DNA of 63,797 bases, filler included, from Chiloscyllium plagiosum (lineage: Eukaryota), in the NCBI RefSeq assembly GCF_004010195.1. It is 4 parts of 2 records of this genome, joined end to end, with 100 filler letters (N's around TTAATTAATTAA, not from the genome) between each part and the next. Parts side by side here need not be neighbours in the genome. Positions count along the whole stretch, not along the records: positions 1 to 24,454 come from NC_057714.1; 3 more parts are not named here. One strand, given 5' to 3'. A model generated the notes under the pieces. That model saw only the letters and a list, made by a program, of their open reading frames with translations, did no database searches and had not been told where the DNA came from. A program made the position numbers and the translations under genes. Numbering within the stretch: position 1 is the stretch's first letter; the number at the start of each line of letters is the position of its first letter. Shown here piece after piece: positions 1 to 12,589 of the stretch.

Positions 1-1500
1 GCAGGGCGAGGGGGAAACAGTCCCAGAGCAGTGGGCAGGGCAAGGGGGAAACTGTCCCAGAGCAGTGGGCAGGGCGATGGGGAAACTGTCCGAGAGCAGT
101 GGGCAGGGCGAGGGGGAAACAGTCCCAGAGCAGTGGGCAGGGCAAGGGGGAAACAGTCCCAGAGCAGTGGGCAGAGCGAGGGGGAAACAGTCCCAGAGCA
201 GTGGGCAGGGCAAGGGGGAAACTGTCCCAGAGCAGTGGGCAGGGCGAGGGGGAAACTGTCCGAGAGCAGTGGGCAGGGCGAGGGGGAAACAATCCCAGAG
301 CAGTGAGCAGGGCGAGGGAGAAACAGACCCAGAGCAGTGAGCAGGGCGAGGGAGAAACAGACCCAGAGCAATGGGCTGGGTGGAGGGGGGAAAACAGTCC
401 CAGAGCAGTGTGCGGGCCGAGGGGGAAACAGTCCCAGAGCAGTGGGCAGGGCGAGGGAGAAACAGTCCCAGAGCAGTGTGCGGGACGAGGGGGAAACAGA
501 CCCAGAGCAGAGGGCAGGGTGGAGGGGGGAAAACAGTCCCAGAGCAGTGTGCGGGGCGAGGGGGAAACAGTCCCAGAGCAGTGGGCAGGGCGAGGGAGAA
601 ACAGTCCCAGAGCAGTGGGCAGGGTGGAGGGGGGAAAATAGTCCCAGAGCAGTGTGCGGGGCGAGGGGGAAACAGTCCCAGAGCAGTGGGCAGGGTGAGG
701 TGGAAACAGTCCCAGAGCATTGTGCGGGGCGAGGGGGAAACAGTCCCAGAGCAGTGAGCAGAGCGAGGGGGAAACAGTCCCAGAGCAGTGGGCAGGGCGA
801 GGGGGAAACAGTCCCGAGCAGTGTGCAGGACGAGGGGGAAACAGTCCCAGGGCAGTGGGCAGGGCGAGGGGAAAACTGTCCCAGAGCCGTGGGCAGAGCG
901 AGGGGGAAACAGTCCCAGAGCAGTGGGCAGAGCGAGGGGGAAACAGTCCCAGGGCAGTGGGCAGGGCGAGGGGGAAACTGTCCCAGAGCAGTGGGCAGGG
1001 CGAGGGGGAAACAGTCCCAGAGCAGTGGGCAGGGCGAGGGGGAAACAGTCCCCGAGCAGAGGGCAGGGTGGAAACAGTCCGAGAGCAGTGGGCGGGGCGA
1101 GGGGGAAACAGTCCCAGAGCAGTGTGCGGGGCGAGGGGGAAACCGTCCCAGAGCAGTGGGCGGGGCGACGGGGAAACTGTCTCAGAGCAGTGGGCAGGAC
1201 AAGGGGGAAACAGTCCCAGAGAAATGGACAGGGGGGTGAGGGGGAAACAATCCCAGAGCAGTGGGCAGTGCGAGGGAGAAACAATCCCAGAGCAGTGGGC
1301 AGGGCAGGGTGGGGGGGAAAATCAGTCCCAGAGCAGTGGGCATGGCAAGGGGGAAACAGTCCCAGAGCAGTGGGCATGGCAAGGGGGAAACAGTCCCAGA
1401 GCAGTGGGCAGGGCGAGGGGGCAACAGTCCCAGAGCAGTGGGCAGGGCGAGGGGGCAACAGTCCCAGAGCAGCGAGCAAGTTTGGGGGAGGCAGTCCCAG
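1..1500. repeat. 34-bp G-rich minisatellite, ~43 units, consensus GGGCAGGGCGAGGGGGAAACAGTCCCAGAGCAGT; runs off the window start
   Basis: Periodicity visible directly; ORF starts at 31, 65 and 99 are spaced 34 nt apart; units diverge toward ~1500. Confidence 0.97.
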
Positions 1501-1849
1501 AATGTTTCGTGGAGCAGCTGAGTGCTGGTTTGGTGCAGATTGGGAACAGTTGTTGGTCTGGGGTCTTGTCCGGGCAATCAGACCATGTGTGGAAGCTCCT
1601 GCACTGAGCTACTGCTACTTGGAGGTCGCCACTAGCCAGGTAATGAAACGTCTGGATATCAAACCTACAGCTCAGCGAGCAAACCTACACCCTATACTGC
1701 AATGTAATGTTCAGTTCAATTTTCTTTTATCAGATGGCAATGTCAAACCTTTAACTATGCCTTATTTCTAACTTACTGTATAAACAGTGTAAAGTAATGC
1801 AACTACTTTTCATTTTATTCCTTTTTTGTATCTACGATTTGTAACTCAG

Positions 1850-1955
1850 CCCTTGTACTGAAGATGGCACCATAACAGACAACATTGTAAAACTTTTCAC
1901 TGTACCGGACTTCTGAACTTGAGTACATGTGACAATAAGGGATATTCTATTCCAG
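1850..1955 (+). mobile_element. 3' tail of an unclassified retroposon (..CTTTTCACTGTA..CTTGAGTACATGTGACAATAA)
   Basis: A similar sequence recurs at ~63320-63440, where it ends in a short simple-repeat tail. Confidence 0.55.
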
Positions 1956-2074
1956 ATTTATGGAAAGAAGGGGCAAGGTGGATTTTTCCTCTTTGTTGAT
2001 AAGACAAGAACAAAAAGCAATATTGATTATGTTGGATATATGGCACAGAAATAGGTCTTCCAGCTGAACAAATG

Positions 2075-2330
2075 TGGCAGATACATGGGGACACCACTCC
2101 CTGCAGATACCCCTCCGAGCCACCCATCTCCTGACTTCGAAATATAATGCTGCTCCAGCAGTATCGCTTAGTCAAAATCTCGAACTTCCTAACAGTACTA
2201 AGGATGTAAGGATACTGGGCCAGCAGGGGTTCAACGCAGCAACTCATTACCATCTTCTCAAGAGCAATTACAGATGAACAATAAATGCTGGCTTGGACAA
2301 CGTTACCCACATCTCATGAATGATTTTTAA
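2075..2330 (+). mobile_element. 3' end of the second LINE family (CR1/L2 clade), degraded
   Basis: Matches the 3' end at 29410-29680 (CAGATACATGG..CACATCTCATGAATGATTTTTT). Confidence 0.7.
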
Positions 2331-2455
2331 CAAGTGATAGTTATGCTTCTGTCAAGCCTTTTCTCACTTTCCTTCTCTAAATCGGCAACCATCTCTTATC
2401 CATGCCGTCAAATACTTATCCAAATGTATCTGCACTGTTCATGCCAATTCCTGTT

Positions 2456-2752
2456 GGCACGGTGGCTCAGTGGTTAGCACTGCAGCCTCACTGCACCAGG
2501 GACCCAGGTTCGATTCCAGCCTTGGGCGACTGTCTGCGTGGAGTTTGCACATTCTCCTCGTGTCTGCGTGGATTTCCTTTGGGTACTCTGGTTTCCTCCC
2601 TCAATCCAAAGGTGTGCAGGTCAGGTGGATTGGCCATTCTAAATTGCCCATAGCATTAGTCAGAGGGAAATGGGTCTGGATGGGTTGCTCTTCGGAGGGT
2701 CAGAATGGACTTGTTAGGCCAAAGGCCTGGTTTCCACACTGTAGGGAATTTA
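2456..2752 (+). mobile_element. HE1/V-SINE-type tRNA-derived SINE
   Basis: A box TGGCTCAGTGG, B box GGTTCGATTCC, V-domain-like core GTGGAGTTTGCACATTCTCC..GGTTTCCTCCC, CR1-like 3' tail; >=8 copies in the window. Confidence 0.9.
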
Positions 2753-2829
2753 AACATTATTGGATTTCTTGATGACAATCTCATATTGAGAGCCTCCAGT
2801 TATGATTTTTACCACAAGAGGAAACAGTG

Positions 2830-3090
2830 TCAAGAGGACAAAATTCCAGAGTAAGGCATCGCTCATTTAAGATAGAGATGAGAAGGAATTTCTTCTCTCA
2901 GAAGGAAGTGAATCTGTGGAATTCTTTGTGGCAGGGTATGGGAGAGGCCGGATTAAGTATATTCAAGACTGAGACAGATAGATTTGTAAGGTTATGGGGA
3001 AAAGGTTGCAAAGTGGAGTTAAGCATGTATCAGATCAGCAATGATTTCATTCAAGCAGACACGATGTGTTGAACAACCTACATCTAGTCT
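2830..3090 (+). mobile_element. CR1 LINE 3' fragment
   Basis: Translation EMRRNFFSQKEVNLWNSL is the typical CR1 ORF2 C-terminus. Confidence 0.85.
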
Positions 3091-3309
3091 ATCAGAACTT
3101 ATCATAATTTTCAATACCTCCATTACTTCACTCTTTTATAAAAACAGAAAAGGCCCAACCCGATCGTTCTTTTTGACTATGATCACCCATGTCTTTCTGG
3201 TATCATCTTTGCAAATCTTCACTGAATGTTCTCCAGATCCTCTGACACAGCAAGGCTCTAACCATAGCTAACTAAGGTTTGAAAGTGGTGCTGAGTCCCT
3301 CGTTGTTTG

Positions 3310-4625
3310 TTGCGTTTATTAATGATTAGGACATGAATATGGGAGGTATGATCAATAAGTCCATGGGTGAAATAAAAATTGATGGCGCAGTAAATAACGT
3401 AGAGAAAAGCCTTAGGCTTCAGGATTATATCGTCGGGCTGATCAGATGAGTTGAACAGTGGTAAATGGAATTTAAACCTGAAAAGTATGGGGCACTGCAT
3501 TTTGGGAGGACTAACAAGGCATGCCACCGGAATGCAAAGTACTGGGCTAATGGTAAGATTCTTGGTAGTGTAGATGAGCAGAGAGATCTCGGTGTCCAGG
3601 TTCATAGATCCTTGAAAGTTGCTACCCAGGTTGACAGGGTTGTTAAGGAGGCTTACAGTGTTTTGGCCTTTATTAATAGAGGGATCGAGTTCCGGAACCA
3701 TGAGGTTATGCTACAACTGTACAAAACTCTGGAGCGGCCGCACTTGGAGTATTGTGTACAGTTCTGGTCACCGCATTATAAGAAGGATGTGGAAGCTTTG
3801 GAAAGGGTGCAGAGGAGATTTACTAGGATGTTGCCTGGTATGGAGGGAAGGTCTTATGAGGAAAGGCTGAGGGACTTGAGGCTGTTTTCGTTAGAGAGAA
3901 GAAGGTTGAGAGGTGACTTAATAGAGACATATAAGATAATCAAAGGGTTAGACAGGGAGAGCCTTTTTCCAAGAATGGTGACGGCGAGCATGAGGGGGCA
4001 TAGCTTTAAATTGAGGGGTGATAGATATAGGACAGATGTCAGAGGTAGTTTCTTTACTCAGAGTAGTAAGGGTATGGAATGCTTTGCCTCCAACAGTCAT
4101 AGATTCACCAACTTTAAGTACATTTAAGTCGTCATTGGACAAGCATATGGACGTACATGGAATAGTGTAGGTTAGATGGGCTTCAGATTGGAATGACAGG
4201 TTGGCGCAACATCGAGGGCCAAAGGGCCTGTATGCACTGTAATGTTCTATGTTCTAAGGGAGTATGTCCCGAGGGGTAGGAGCCTAGGAAGTACAATGCA
4301 TCAGAGGGAGCTTGATGTGCATGTTGAAGGTAGCAGGACAAGTAAATAATATGGTTCAGAAGGCATATGACTTCCATTAGACAAGGCTTTGAAGATAAGA
4401 GCAGGGAGATCATGATGGAGCTGTATATAATTTTAGGCAGGCCATGATTGCTTTGGGATCTGGTCATCACACTACGTAAAGGATGTATCTGCACTGGAGA
4501 GGGTGCAGAGGAGATTCACCAGGATGTTGCCTAGAATGTGAAAATCAGCTACAAAGAGAGACTAAATAGGCTGGAGTTATTATCCTTAGGGCAGGCTGAG
4601 GGGATATCTAACTGAGGTGCACAAG
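3310..4625 (+). mobile_element. Old CR1 RT fragment with a younger CR1 3' fragment nested at ~3520-4256
   Basis: ORF 3465-4127 carries RPHLEYCVQFWSP, LERVQRRFTRM and RRLRGDLIETYK; the nested copy ends in ATGTTCTATGTTCTA and the older copy resumes after it. Confidence 0.9.
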
Positions 4626-4912
4626 GTTCGTTTCCAGCCTTGAGTGATTGTCTATGGGGAGTTTGCACACTCTTGCTGTGTCTGCATGGGTTTCCTCTGG
4701 GTGCTCTGACTTTCTCCCACAGTCCAAAGATGAATTGTGGACTGGCCATGCTAAATTGCCCATAGTGTCCAGGGATGTGCAGGCTAAGTGGATTAGCCAA
4801 AGGAAATGCAGGGTTATGTGGATTGGGTCTTGGTGGGATGCTGTTCAGAGGATTGGTGTAGATTTGATGGGCCGAATAGTCTCTTTCTGCACTGTAGGGA
4901 TTCTATGATTCT
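4626..4912 (+). mobile_element. HE1/V-SINE-type SINE, 5'-truncated
   Basis: Starts at the B box GGTTCG, has the same core and ends ..CTGTAGGGATTCTATGATTCT. Confidence 0.85.
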
Positions 4913-6211
4913 CTTGAGCATCCCTCTGATTTTATTGCTCCACCATTGGTGGTCAAATCTCCACTGCCTTAATCCTAAATGTTTGGAGTATGCTATTTCT
5001 CTGCCACTCTACCTCACTATTCTCCTTTCAGACACACTTTAACACCTACCTCTGACTAAGCTTTTTGTCACCTGTTTTAATTCCTCTTTCTGTGGCCCAG
5101 TATTGAACCTTGTTTTAAAATGCTCCTATGAAAACATTGGAATGTTTCATTACATTAAAGACACTATAAATACAAAAGTTGTTGAAATAGCTTCAAATTG
5201 ATGTTACAAATAATAATGAAAAAGCCCATTAAATCGCAGAACTTGAAACTTGATTTATAAAGTGCAAGAGGGAGTTACCAACACAATAAGCGTGATTACT
5301 GCTGTCAGTGCACAGTTAATTATTAACTTATTCCATTCACAAGATGAAACAACCACCAGGATCAGCAGGGTTAATTATTCTAAACTTCAAGATATAATCA
5401 AGTAGTTAGTTCAGCAATTATCATGTTTGCTGTCACATATATATTTTGATTTAAGTTGCTTGAGATTGCAGAAACACATTGATAATTTAAGTATGTATGT
5501 AAAATTAACCAGTCATATAAAATAGAAAAGGTACTGATCTCAGCCTGAAATGAAGTTAAATGCTAAATCGGCGACAAAGTAATAGCAAATTTGCAGAAGG
5601 TTTATTTGTTGTTTAGTTCCTAATGGGCTGCTGACTATAGCAGAGGCCCCATCAATACAGATTCCACCATGAATTAGCAGGGAAATTCAATGTGGAACTA
5701 CACTTTGCTGATGTTTAATATTCAGCACAGGAGAGCTACATGCTCATAAGTGCAAGCATAATGATTATACACACAATCAATCACAGGCAACAACTGAAGA
5801 ATGCAGATGCTTACCTGCTTTCCAAACTCAATGTGAATAAAGTAGGCCTACTTATGAAGTCCAATACTAATTAAAACAGTTGACAATTTCTGAACAGTTT
5901 CTCAGCTTGAAGTTCTCCTTGCATTAGGGTTAATAAATTTTTTTTTTGTTAAACCTGATATATAATTTGGTAAGGAATAAAAAGGAGTCTCTATTTTTAG
6001 TGTGTTGTAAGGTCTCCATTGTTATTAATGTTACAGTGCTTACATAACTTTAGGTTGAAGGTTTGAAAGATCCAAGGAAGAAGAGCAAGAATCTATTGAG
6101 GAATAGGCAAACAAAAACCAGAAAGAAGAAAACTGGAGAGAAAAATACACTGTCTAGGTTGCGGCACCCAAAGGAGTAGCCACACTACCATACATCAAGA
6201 ACATCTCTGAA

Positions 6212-6733
6212 ATGACAGCCAGACTACTGCGACCACTAGGACTTATAACAGCACACAAACCAACAGGCACTCTCAGACAACAACTCACCAAAACGAAGGA
6301 CCCAATACCCAGCATGAGCAAAACTAACGTAGTGTACAAAATCCCATGCAAGGACTGCACAAAACACTATATAGGACAAACAGGAAGACAGCTAACGATC
6401 CGCATCCACGAACATCAACTAGCCACGAAACGACACAACCAGCTATCCTTAGTAGCCACACACGCAGACGACAAGCAACATGAATTCGACTGGGACAACA
6501 CTACCATTATAGGGCAAGCCAAACAAAGAACAGCCAGGGAATTCCTAGAAGCATGGCACTCATCCACAAACTCCATCATCAAACACATAGACCTGGACCC
6601 AATATACCGGCCACTACAGCGGACAGCTGAAACTGACAACCGGAAGCGGCAGGGACAGGCCAATATAAATGCCGGAGGAAACACCACAGAAGCGCTTCAC
6701 AGGAGGCTCCCAAGCACTGAGGATGTCACCTAG
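6212..6733 (+). pseudogene. PLE GIY-YIG endonuclease C-terminal ORF fragment (frame open, RT missing)
   Basis: NVVYKIPCKDC..HYIGQTGRQLTIRIHEH..REFLEAWHS contains the VY/YIG, R, H and E residues of Penelope GIY-YIG endonucleases. Confidence 0.9.
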
Positions 6734-6753
6734 ACAGGGGACGAAACGTTTGC
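6714..6753 (+). ncRNA. Minimal type-I hammerhead ribozyme motif (PLE family P1)
   Basis: GCA-CUGAGGA-U-[GUCACCU AGAC AGGGGAC]-GAAA-CGU-U-UGC: core intact, stem I GCA/UGC, palindromic ACGU stem III, GUU cleavage triplet. Confidence 0.75.
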
Positions 6754-7274
6754 AACAAAAACTTCCAGCTCGGCGAACAGAACCACAGCAACGAGCACCC
6801 GAGCTACAAATTTTCTCACAAACTTTGAAGAAAAATACACCTTTAATTTTCTCTCTTTCCTTAATTAATTCTCTTGCTCTCCACATCCAATGTTGCCAAC
6901 TAATTTATTCCCTACTTTATGCTTCATTGTTACTGTGCAAGTTTATTGCCCTACTCTCCTGGGAGTTTATGTACAGCATTATAGACGGCAGCAAAGTTCC
7001 ATTACCTCTGTGGTACTTCACATATTAGTCTGGACAGACAGTGAGGGTCAACAATATGGAATTTTATCTCATTCTCATTCGGCACCCTCATCCACACACA
7101 AGGTTTTTTCTCATCTGGAGTTGTTGTAGAGGAATTGTTTCTGAAATTTCCTCCTCATGAGCTTGAGGAAATTATTGCGCAAATATAGCATTCGCTGCTC
7201 TGACATTCTAGCTCAGGTCAGCTAACTCACGACATACCTCAGACCTTAAAATAAACACAAAGGACCTGGACGCT

Positions 7275-7372
7275 TGAAATCTGAATCAAAAACAGAGTGC
7301 TGGAGGAACACAGAAGGGTCAGATGCTGCCAGATCTGCTGTGTTTCTCCAGCATGCTCTGTTTTGTTCCTGA
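7275..7372. mobile_element. Short imperfect fold-back PLE 3'-end fragment
   Basis: AAAACAGAGTGCTGGAGGAACACAG pairs with CTGTGTTTCTCCAGCATGCTCTGTTTT; related to the tails at 14580-14660 and 50250-50330. Confidence 0.6.
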
Positions 7373-7464
7373 GACCTTCATGGTCTGTGCAGTACAGAAA
7401 CACACTAAGTTTCACATGTACTGCAAAAGTAAACCAATGCTCAAGATAACAATGATGTGGAAGT

Positions 7465-7653
7465 GCGGTGTTGGACTGGGGCGAACTTGTTGTTATCGTG
7501 TACAAAGTTAAAAATCACACAATGCCAGGTTATATCCAACAGGTTTATTTGGTACCTGATGAAGGAACAGTGCTCTGAAAGCTTGTCGTTCCAAATAAAC
7601 CTGCACAACTGGTGTTGTGTGATTTTTAACTTTGTACACAATAACAACAAGTT
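7465..7653. mobile_element. Fold-back PLE mini-element (family P2) with a weakened + strand hammerhead motif at 7553-7587
   Basis: Inverted arms GTGTACAAAGTTAAAAATCACACAA / TTGTGTGATTTTTAACTTTGTACAC; CTGATGA..GAAAGCT in the centre; homologues at 37095, 47112 and 57508. Confidence 0.8.
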
Positions 7654-7689
7654 ACCTAGCATAGAAATGAACAGAAAAATAAAAGCTGA

Positions 7690-8850
7690 GAGTTTAAATT
7701 AGATAGAAATTAGTCCAAAATAAAAATATTTAATCTGGGAAATTTGGGTGAAAACAAATCTGGCCCAGGTAAACCAAAGATTGGCACAATAACTGTCATT
7801 AAATAAGAGGAAATAGTTTGGGTACAGTTGAGGTACATTCCAATGAGGAGAAATGGCAAGGCGAAGAAATCTAGAGAATTAAAAAAGAAACAGTGAGTTA
7901 GATGAAGCAGAAAACTTGAGACATATAGCAAGTGTATAATATAATTGAGAGCCAGGTCAAAGATAGAAAGTTCAAAAAGCAAGTGAAAAAATAAAGAAGA
8001 GAAACAAAGGGAGCATGAGAAAAGACAGATAGCTAGCATTAAAAGTCTACTAACAGGTAAAAGGGTGGTAAAAGCAGGAGCACAGCCAATGGGGGATTTA
8101 CATGCTGAGCAGTAGGAATGGCTGACCTACTAAATGAGAAATTTGTAGATGTCTTTACCAAAAGGAATACACAGCCCAAGTCACAATGGAAATTGAGATG
8201 CTGGACAGGCTAAAACATAGACCATATTTAAAGTTGCTAAGTTACCAGGATGAGATGCCTCTGAGGAGAACGAGGAAAGTAAGGGTGAGAATAGCGCAGG
8301 ATCTGGCCATGTCCAATCTTCCTTTATATGGAGGAATGGTGCCAGAGAACTGGAGAATTCCGACTGTTGCATCCATGTTCAGAAAAGGGAATGAGGAAAA
8401 ACCCAACAAAGACAAGCCAATCATCTAGAACTCAGGCAGTGAAGTTCTTAGAAATAGAAGTTTTGGACAAAATTTAAGAATCACTTGGACAAACGTGGAT
8501 TAAGGAAAAACAGCATAGATATATTAAGGCAAGTTATTTTTTACTCACTGGATTAATATTTTTGATGAGGAGATAAAGGGTGGATGAGCATAATGCATTT
8601 GATGTAGTGCACGTGTTTTTAAACGGCATATAATAAGGTGCTACATAACAGGCTAGGCAACAAAATTAAAGCTCATGAAATATAAGGGACAGTATTATAA
8701 TCAGGGAGAAGGAACATTGGTAAAAGATCCACGGTCCATGAAAAGATAGCCCATATAAAAGATTTAATAGCAGAGCACTTGAAAAACAGCAACAGGATTA
8801 GACAGCGTCAGCACTTATTCAAGAAAGGGAAACCAAAGTTAATGCTTCAA
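7690..8850 (+). mobile_element. Highly decayed CR1 ORF2 fragments
   Basis: Residual VPENWRIPTV..FRKG and AFDVV-like motifs; A-rich; many stops. Confidence 0.65.
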
Positions 8851-9139
8851 ATCCAATAACGTTTCTTCATAATCATGTCAAAGAAAACTGTAAACGTTTG
8901 CAGTTGGAATATTGCACTTTTACTGTGTTCAAAATATTTCAATTTGTGTATTTCTTTACAATGAGCTTGGTTTATTTCTATGTTATCTTATTTGCAAAAT
9001 AATCTTTTTTTTAACAATTGTTAAAACAAATAGTGCTTATGCTTCAGTGACAGACCATCTCTTTAAACAAAAACTAAATATGATCTATCAAGCCAGATTT
9101 CAGTCAGGGATCTGACTCATCCAGCAATAACATCAGCTG

Positions 9140-10040
9140 GGATCATAACAGAAGCGTATAATGTAAATGGAGAGAGATTGTAGAGCTCCAAATGCAGGGG
9201 GATCTAGATGCTCTACTGCATGGATTGTAAAAGGTTGGTATGCAAGTACATAAGTAATTAGGAAAGCTAATACAATGTAAATGTTTATTGCAGGGAGAAT
9301 CAAATACAAAAGCTGGGAGATTATGCTTCACTTATACGGAGCTCTGATGAGATCCTTTCTGGAGTAAAATGAACAGTACTGGTCTGTTTATTTAAAGAAC
9401 CATGTAAATGTATTGGATCATAGATTCCCTACAGTCTGGAAGCAAGCCGTTCAGCCCATCGAGTCCACACCCCCAACCCTCAGTAGTCCAATCAGACCCA
9501 TCCCCCTACCTTATCCCTGTTATGCTGCATTTCCCATGGCTAACCCATCTACTCGGCACATCTCTGGACACTATGGGCAATTTAGCAGGGTCAATCCACT
9601 TAACCTGCTTGTCTTTGGACTGTGGGAGGGAACTGGAGCACTCGGAGGAAATCCACACAGGGGAGAATGTGAAAACTCCACACAGACAGTCACTCAAGGG
9701 TGGAATCGAACCCAGTTCGCTGGTGCTGTGAGGCAGCAGTGCTAACCACTGAGCCACCGTGCCATATTGGAAGCAGTTCAGAGAAGGTTTGCCAGATTAA
9801 TATCTGGAATGAGAGGGCTTACCTGAGGAAAGATTAGGCAGGTTAGGTTTGTACTGACTGGAACTTTAAAGAGTAAAGAGAACTTGATTGAAACATATGA
9901 GATCCTGGGTGGATGTGGAGAGAACGTTTCCTCTTCTAGGCCAATCTAGAACTTGGGTCACTGTTCAAAAATAAGGGGTCACTCATTAAGGAAAGAAATG
10001 AGGATCCCTTTTTCTCTCTCAAAGTCTTTGGAATCTTCTT
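9140..10040 (+). mobile_element. Old CR1 3' portion interrupted by a SINE
   Basis: GATCTAGATG.., CTGGAGTA.., GTTCAGAGAAGGTTT.., GGTCACTGTTCAAAAATAAGGGG are collinear with the CR1 3' region. Confidence 0.8.
9418..9764 (-). mobile_element. HE1/V-SINE-type SINE, full length, TSD TATTGGA
   Basis: TATTGGA at 9411-9417 and 9765-9771; A and B boxes on the minus strand. Confidence 0.92.
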
Positions 10041-10559
10041 CTGAATCTCTAACTTACCCTCCTCACAGATTAGAATGCTTCCAAGTTTTGAATCTATCAC
10101 AAATTTTGAAATTGTACCCTGAAGACCCAGAACTTGATCATTAGTATGTATCAGGAAATGCTGCAAAATCTATGACAGCTCAAAAAAAACACCCATTCAC
10201 ACTATGACTCTGTTTCTCATCACTCAGTCAAGTTGGTCTCCATGATGTTACTGTCCTTTTTATTCCATGAACTCTGACTTTTAGTTTTAGTTTAATGAGA
10301 AAAATATTCCTGCTCATGATCAGAAAATGTCAAAGTTGTTACAAGAATAGCTTGTGCAAGCAAAGAGCATGTCACATTCAGGAAGTATGGCTGTTCTTCC
10401 TTTGTGGAACACAGAGAGTTTTAATCTGCTTTAATCTTGTTTTGCACCAGATCTGCACAAATAGTAACACTGAGCATAAAAGTGTCATCCCAACATCCTA
10501 CACTTGGTGAACATGGAAGGTACCTAATATGACCTTTTGTTTGCTAACCTTTACAGTTA

Positions 10560-12158
<1,599 letters not shown>

Positions 12159-12589
12159 TTAAGTGAATTATTTTTGTTTTCCATGTAGATCAATCTAATA
12201 ATGGCAGTTCAGGTAATACTTTGGTACAGAAGCAATGTGTGATCACTTCAACCATTTCCAAGCTGCTTCACTCCAGCAAAGTCTAAAAACAGTCACTTCC
12301 AATAAAAGATTGCATGTAAACTTTTGCACCATTTCCTGGCTTCACCTCAAACTTTTCACAGAATGCATCAATTATCAAGCAATTTCCTTTGTGGCTAGAT
12401 ATTTACATTTGGGTTAGATGTGGCATAACATTTCTGAACAGTTCGATTAGAAATTATGTTAATGAAAAATAAATGAGTAACAGGTTAATAATTATTTTTG
12501 AAAAAAATTCTTTCAAATGTAACCTATTGTCATTATGCTTTATGAAGAAACATATTCTCATTTAGCTTAGAATCATAGAATAGTGCAAG

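Larger units (their letters stand above)
6151..6828 (+). mobile_element. 5'-truncated Penelope-like retroelement (PLE) with a 12-bp TSD
   Basis: TSD AGAAAAATACAC at 6139-6150 and 6829-6840; encodes a GIY-YIG domain; hammerhead motif near the 3' end. Confidence 0.92.

Noticed and set aside
1..1500. CRISPR-like periodicity
   Set aside because: Head-to-tail units with no unique spacers, no cas genes and a vertebrate context; the same applies to 27981-28094.
31..1771. Long overlapping repetitive ORFs (up to 327 aa)
   Set aside because: They are translations of the 34-bp minisatellite in all frames; non-ATG starts, no splice or domain evidence.
2456..2530. tRNA genes at SINE heads (also 21885, 41078, 52530)
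   Set aside because: A/B boxes run into SINE bodies and LINE-like tails; no complete cloverleaf.
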